Shown here piece after piece: positions 60,988 to 64,000 of a DNA stretch of 64,000 bases. Position 1 is the stretch's first letter. The number at the start of each line of letters is the position of its first letter. Location of the stretch: assembly GCA_964016885.1 (NCBI GenBank), contig OZ024742.1:162316001-162380000 (forward strand), in the 5' to 3' direction. This stretch comes from Eledone cirrhosa (taxonomy: Eukaryota). The notes beneath the pieces were generated by a model. The model had not been told where the DNA came from and ran no database searches. It saw nothing but the letters and a program-made list of their open reading frames with translations. A program made the position numbers and the translations under genes.

Positions 60988-61978
60988 TATACTATATTAT
61001 ATTTTGAGAATAAACTCTCAGTCGTTTACAATAATTAAGCTCCAGGAAAAGGGGCTCTTCCGAGCAGTTAAATACATTAAAATATATGATAAACACGAAA
61101 TGTGTTTACATTGCAACAGACAAAGTTAGCTATTAATGAAATAAACTAATTAAAGTGAATACAATTTGTCTGTCTCGATATAAGTCAATAAAGACAAGCT
61201 TATATTGGCAACGGCCATGATTCCTGGACAGATTTAAATTTCAAAATTCAAACCTGTTCTGTAGACGAATTTGAACCTCGAAACCCAAATCAGTTTCGCA
61301 ATGGTGGTATGTGAATTGAAAAATAAAGAGAATCGAAATTATCATATATTTTAATGTATTTAAAATTATCATATATTTTAATGTATTTAAAATAAAGAGA
61401 ATCGAAATTATCATATATTTTAATGTATTTAACTGCTCGGAAGAGCCCCTTTTCCTGGAGCTTAATTATTGTAAACGACTGAGAGTTTATTCTCAAAATA
61501 TAATATAGTGTATGGCTCCTTTATTGTAGAGCTGATCTTTAATCCTGCATAAGCGGCTGTTATTTCTAGCACCGTGAATGTGGGACGGCTAGTTTGGCCT
61601 GCCTACGCACGTGTAGTCAGACCTGCAAAATTTTTGATGTGAGATGTACTAATTTTACTGGATTCCTGTTGATAAGCACAGAAGATTTGGATATTTCACT
61701 TTTTTATTTCTATTCCATTTCGATTCTCTTTATTTTTCAATTCACATACCACCATTGCGAAACTGATTTGGGTTTCGAGGTTCAAATTCGTCTACAGAAC
61801 AGGTTTGAATTTTGAAATTTAAATCTGTCCAGGAATCATGGCCGTTGCCAATATAAGCTTGTCTTTATTGACTTATATCGAGACAGACAAATTGTATTCA
61901 CTTTAATTAGTTTATTTCATTAATAGCTAACTTTGTCTGTTGCAATGTAAACACATTTCGTGTTTATCATATATTTTA

Positions 61979-61983
<5 letters not shown>
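60988..61983 (+). mobile_element. Non-coding HHR element: ~555-bp monomer (61409-61983) preceded by an inverted arm (60988-61338)
   Basis: Arm equals the reverse complement of 61717-61983 joined to 61430-61512; flanked by (TA)n. Confidence 0.75.
61661..61837 (+). ncRNA. Type I hammerhead with U3-A8 core (UUGAUAA) and long stem III
   Basis: GAUUCCUG-UUGAUAA-GCA...UGC-GAAAC-(~25-bp G-U-rich stem)-GUC/CAGGAAUC. Confidence 0.75.
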
Positions 61984-62025
<42 letters not shown>

Positions 62026-62028
<3 letters not shown>

Positions 62029-63105
62029 AGGAGGTTATAGTTCACTTGAAGCATTGTGTAATGAGGTATAAACGTTTGAATATGTGTAATAAGGCCAAAA
62101 CAATGTAGTTATGGACATAGAAAAAGGAATGCAATAGTGAAAGATATTGATGAGAATTCGTCTTTCACCTTGAATTTATTTAAATGTCCTTAATTTTCGA
62201 GATAATATCTCTTCTTCGGAGGGAAGTAAAGGTCTCAAACCAGCGTCTTTAAATCTCTAGCCAAGCCATGCTGACCGGAAATAGTATAGAGTATCTGTTC
62301 TAACTCTAATATCAAAGAATTAAAATTAGGTGGATAAAGAGTAGTCTCCCTTTAAGAGGGGTTTGTTTAGGGTTTTTTATTTTTTTTTTTTTTTTCCATT
62401 TTATATACGTGCCTGTATATGTGTGTGGGAGAATGCATGAAGGTGTAGGTATGTGGGCGTGTGTGTGTGAGTGTGGAAAGATAGGTCTAATCGTAAAAGT
62501 GGGGGGTAGGTTTTATCTGGTGTTAGAACTGGTTTTGTGTGTGTATGTGTGAGAGAGAATAAGTGGAGGTGTAAGCGTGTGTGTGTGCGCGTGCGTGTGT
62601 GTGGGGTGTGTAAAAATGGGGCTAGAGGCCCTATCAGGTTATAAATTGGGTGTTGAGCTCTAGTCTATTATTGATTGGTGGATGTGTTCTATCTATAATA
62701 AGTGCTTCCTTAATTCTAAGATTGCCGAGATTTCTTTCCTTAGTTTCTATCCTAACTGTTATGTTTTTATCGGTATTTTTGCATTTAACTAGGTGTTTCT
62801 TTTATTCTTATGTGGAGTGGTCTGGTGGTGCTACCTACGTAGAAGTTGTTGCATTTGTCACACTCTAATCTGTATACTACGTAAGCCTGGTGGCATAGGT
62901 CTGTGTCGTTGATGGGGCAGTTGGCTAGTCTGCAGCAGTTGTCATGTCTGGTGGAGTGTCTCTTGGCCAGCCGTCCGCGCAGAGAAGGACCCGAGTGGGC
63001 CAGTTGGATATCCAGTCCCTCTCGTCTGATGGCTCTGCGGATGGCTGTTGTTGTTTCTTCACTGAAGTGTGGGAGCTTCAGGAAGCAAGTGTTAGTGTTA
63101 GCCTT
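62026..63105 (-). mobile_element. PLE 3' end: GIY-YIG endonuclease (62634-63105, one frameshift) and 3' UTR/pLTR ending at (TA)n
   Basis: LKLPHFSE, Cys-rich linker CCRLANCP..C, VVYRLECDKCNNFYVGSTTRPLHIRIKE, LRIKEALII..PPINNR; HHR-like relic at 62188-62222. Confidence 0.88.
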
Positions 63106-63111
63106 GTACCA

Positions 63112-64000
63112 CAACTCGCTGAAACCCCAGAACCTCTGTCCAGGGTCATCTCCGCCACTATAGACAGGTCATACCACCACCGCCGAGACTACGAGAAAAT
63201 ACGCCTAACGCAAAAATTTCTCAAACTCAGGACGGCCAACTGTCTTAACAACATCCCAACGCTAAACACCAACAGAGGCGAACAATACGTTACCAACACC
63301 GAACCTAGCGGCACCCCGACCAACAACACACCTGACGCAAAACACCTCGTCATAGACTTGACAGGATCCCTCTCCCGAGAGGAATTAGACCTCCTCAGCC
63401 TGGGTCCCAAGTTCATATTGAAACAGAGACTGGACGACAGACTATGGCTCGACATAGAAACGAATTTCTGTCGGACTGCCTACCAACTGAAATGGATATC
63501 GACTCTCGACAACAACACCACGGAATCCACCACACCCAGATTCCCGATATACCAACTAGATCGCCCACTCTATCCACCGCCCGCCAACCGCGAGCTGGCA
63601 GAAAAACTCTCGAGACTAAAACATTCCGTATTTAACATCTTACGGAAACAGAAGAAGATGGCCCCTAACCTCTCCAGGACACAACAACTCGCCCTGAAGA
63701 ACCTACGGAATAAGGAACTTATTTACTTACCATCCGACAAAGGTAAAGAGTTCTGCGTCATCTCTCAAGCCACATACAATAACCTAGCCTTCGAACACCT
63801 AAGTGACAGTGAATTGTACACAGTGATCCCGGACATGACCGCAGCCCAAATCGAAAAACAGACCAACTCCATTTGGTTCGATATCTGTAGGAAAAGACAA
63901 CTCCCGAATAAAATTAAGCTCAACTACACCACTAGAAATAGCAGACTGCCCACTTTCTACCACCTCATCAAGACCCACAAGAATAGTACTAAGACGCAAA
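63112..64000 (+). CDS. PLE ORF, N-terminal region leading into RT (partial, runs off the window)
   Basis: Stop-free frame: LLSLGPKF, NLSRTQQLALKNL, YLPSDKG (PLE DKG motif), RLPTFYHLIKTHK; missing from the ORF track because no stop is reached. Confidence 0.88.

Overview
AT-rich, repeat-dense eukaryotic DNA with no host protein-coding gene I can support. The tRNA-derived SINE families and huge (TA)n tracts resemble an octopus/cephalopod genome (inference from recall, not a search). Autonomous-type elements: a decayed L1/Tx1-clade LINE (~4.9-8.4 kb), CR1-type LINE copies, RTE fragments, a 3.9 kb Gypsy LTR element with TSD and an intact -1 frameshift signal, and a Penelope-like element (PLE) at the right edge. 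Also present: SINEs, hAT/piggyBac/Helitron/foldback MITEs, minisatellites, a 6 kb (TA)n-type tract and a 200-N gap. The main result is RNA-level. A 13.3 kb tandem array (47.0-60.3 kb) of ~463-bp non-coding monomers carries a type I hammerhead ribozyme (HHR) motif in most monomers, like a retrozyme or PLE pLTR satellite. Several unrelated short HHR-bearing elements sit in or next to (TA)n tracts, often with fold-back 5' ends. One has a U3-A8 covariant core and an inverted arm that spans its own monomer junction, which points to a tandem or circular RNA template. All ribozyme calls are manual folds; activity is untested.
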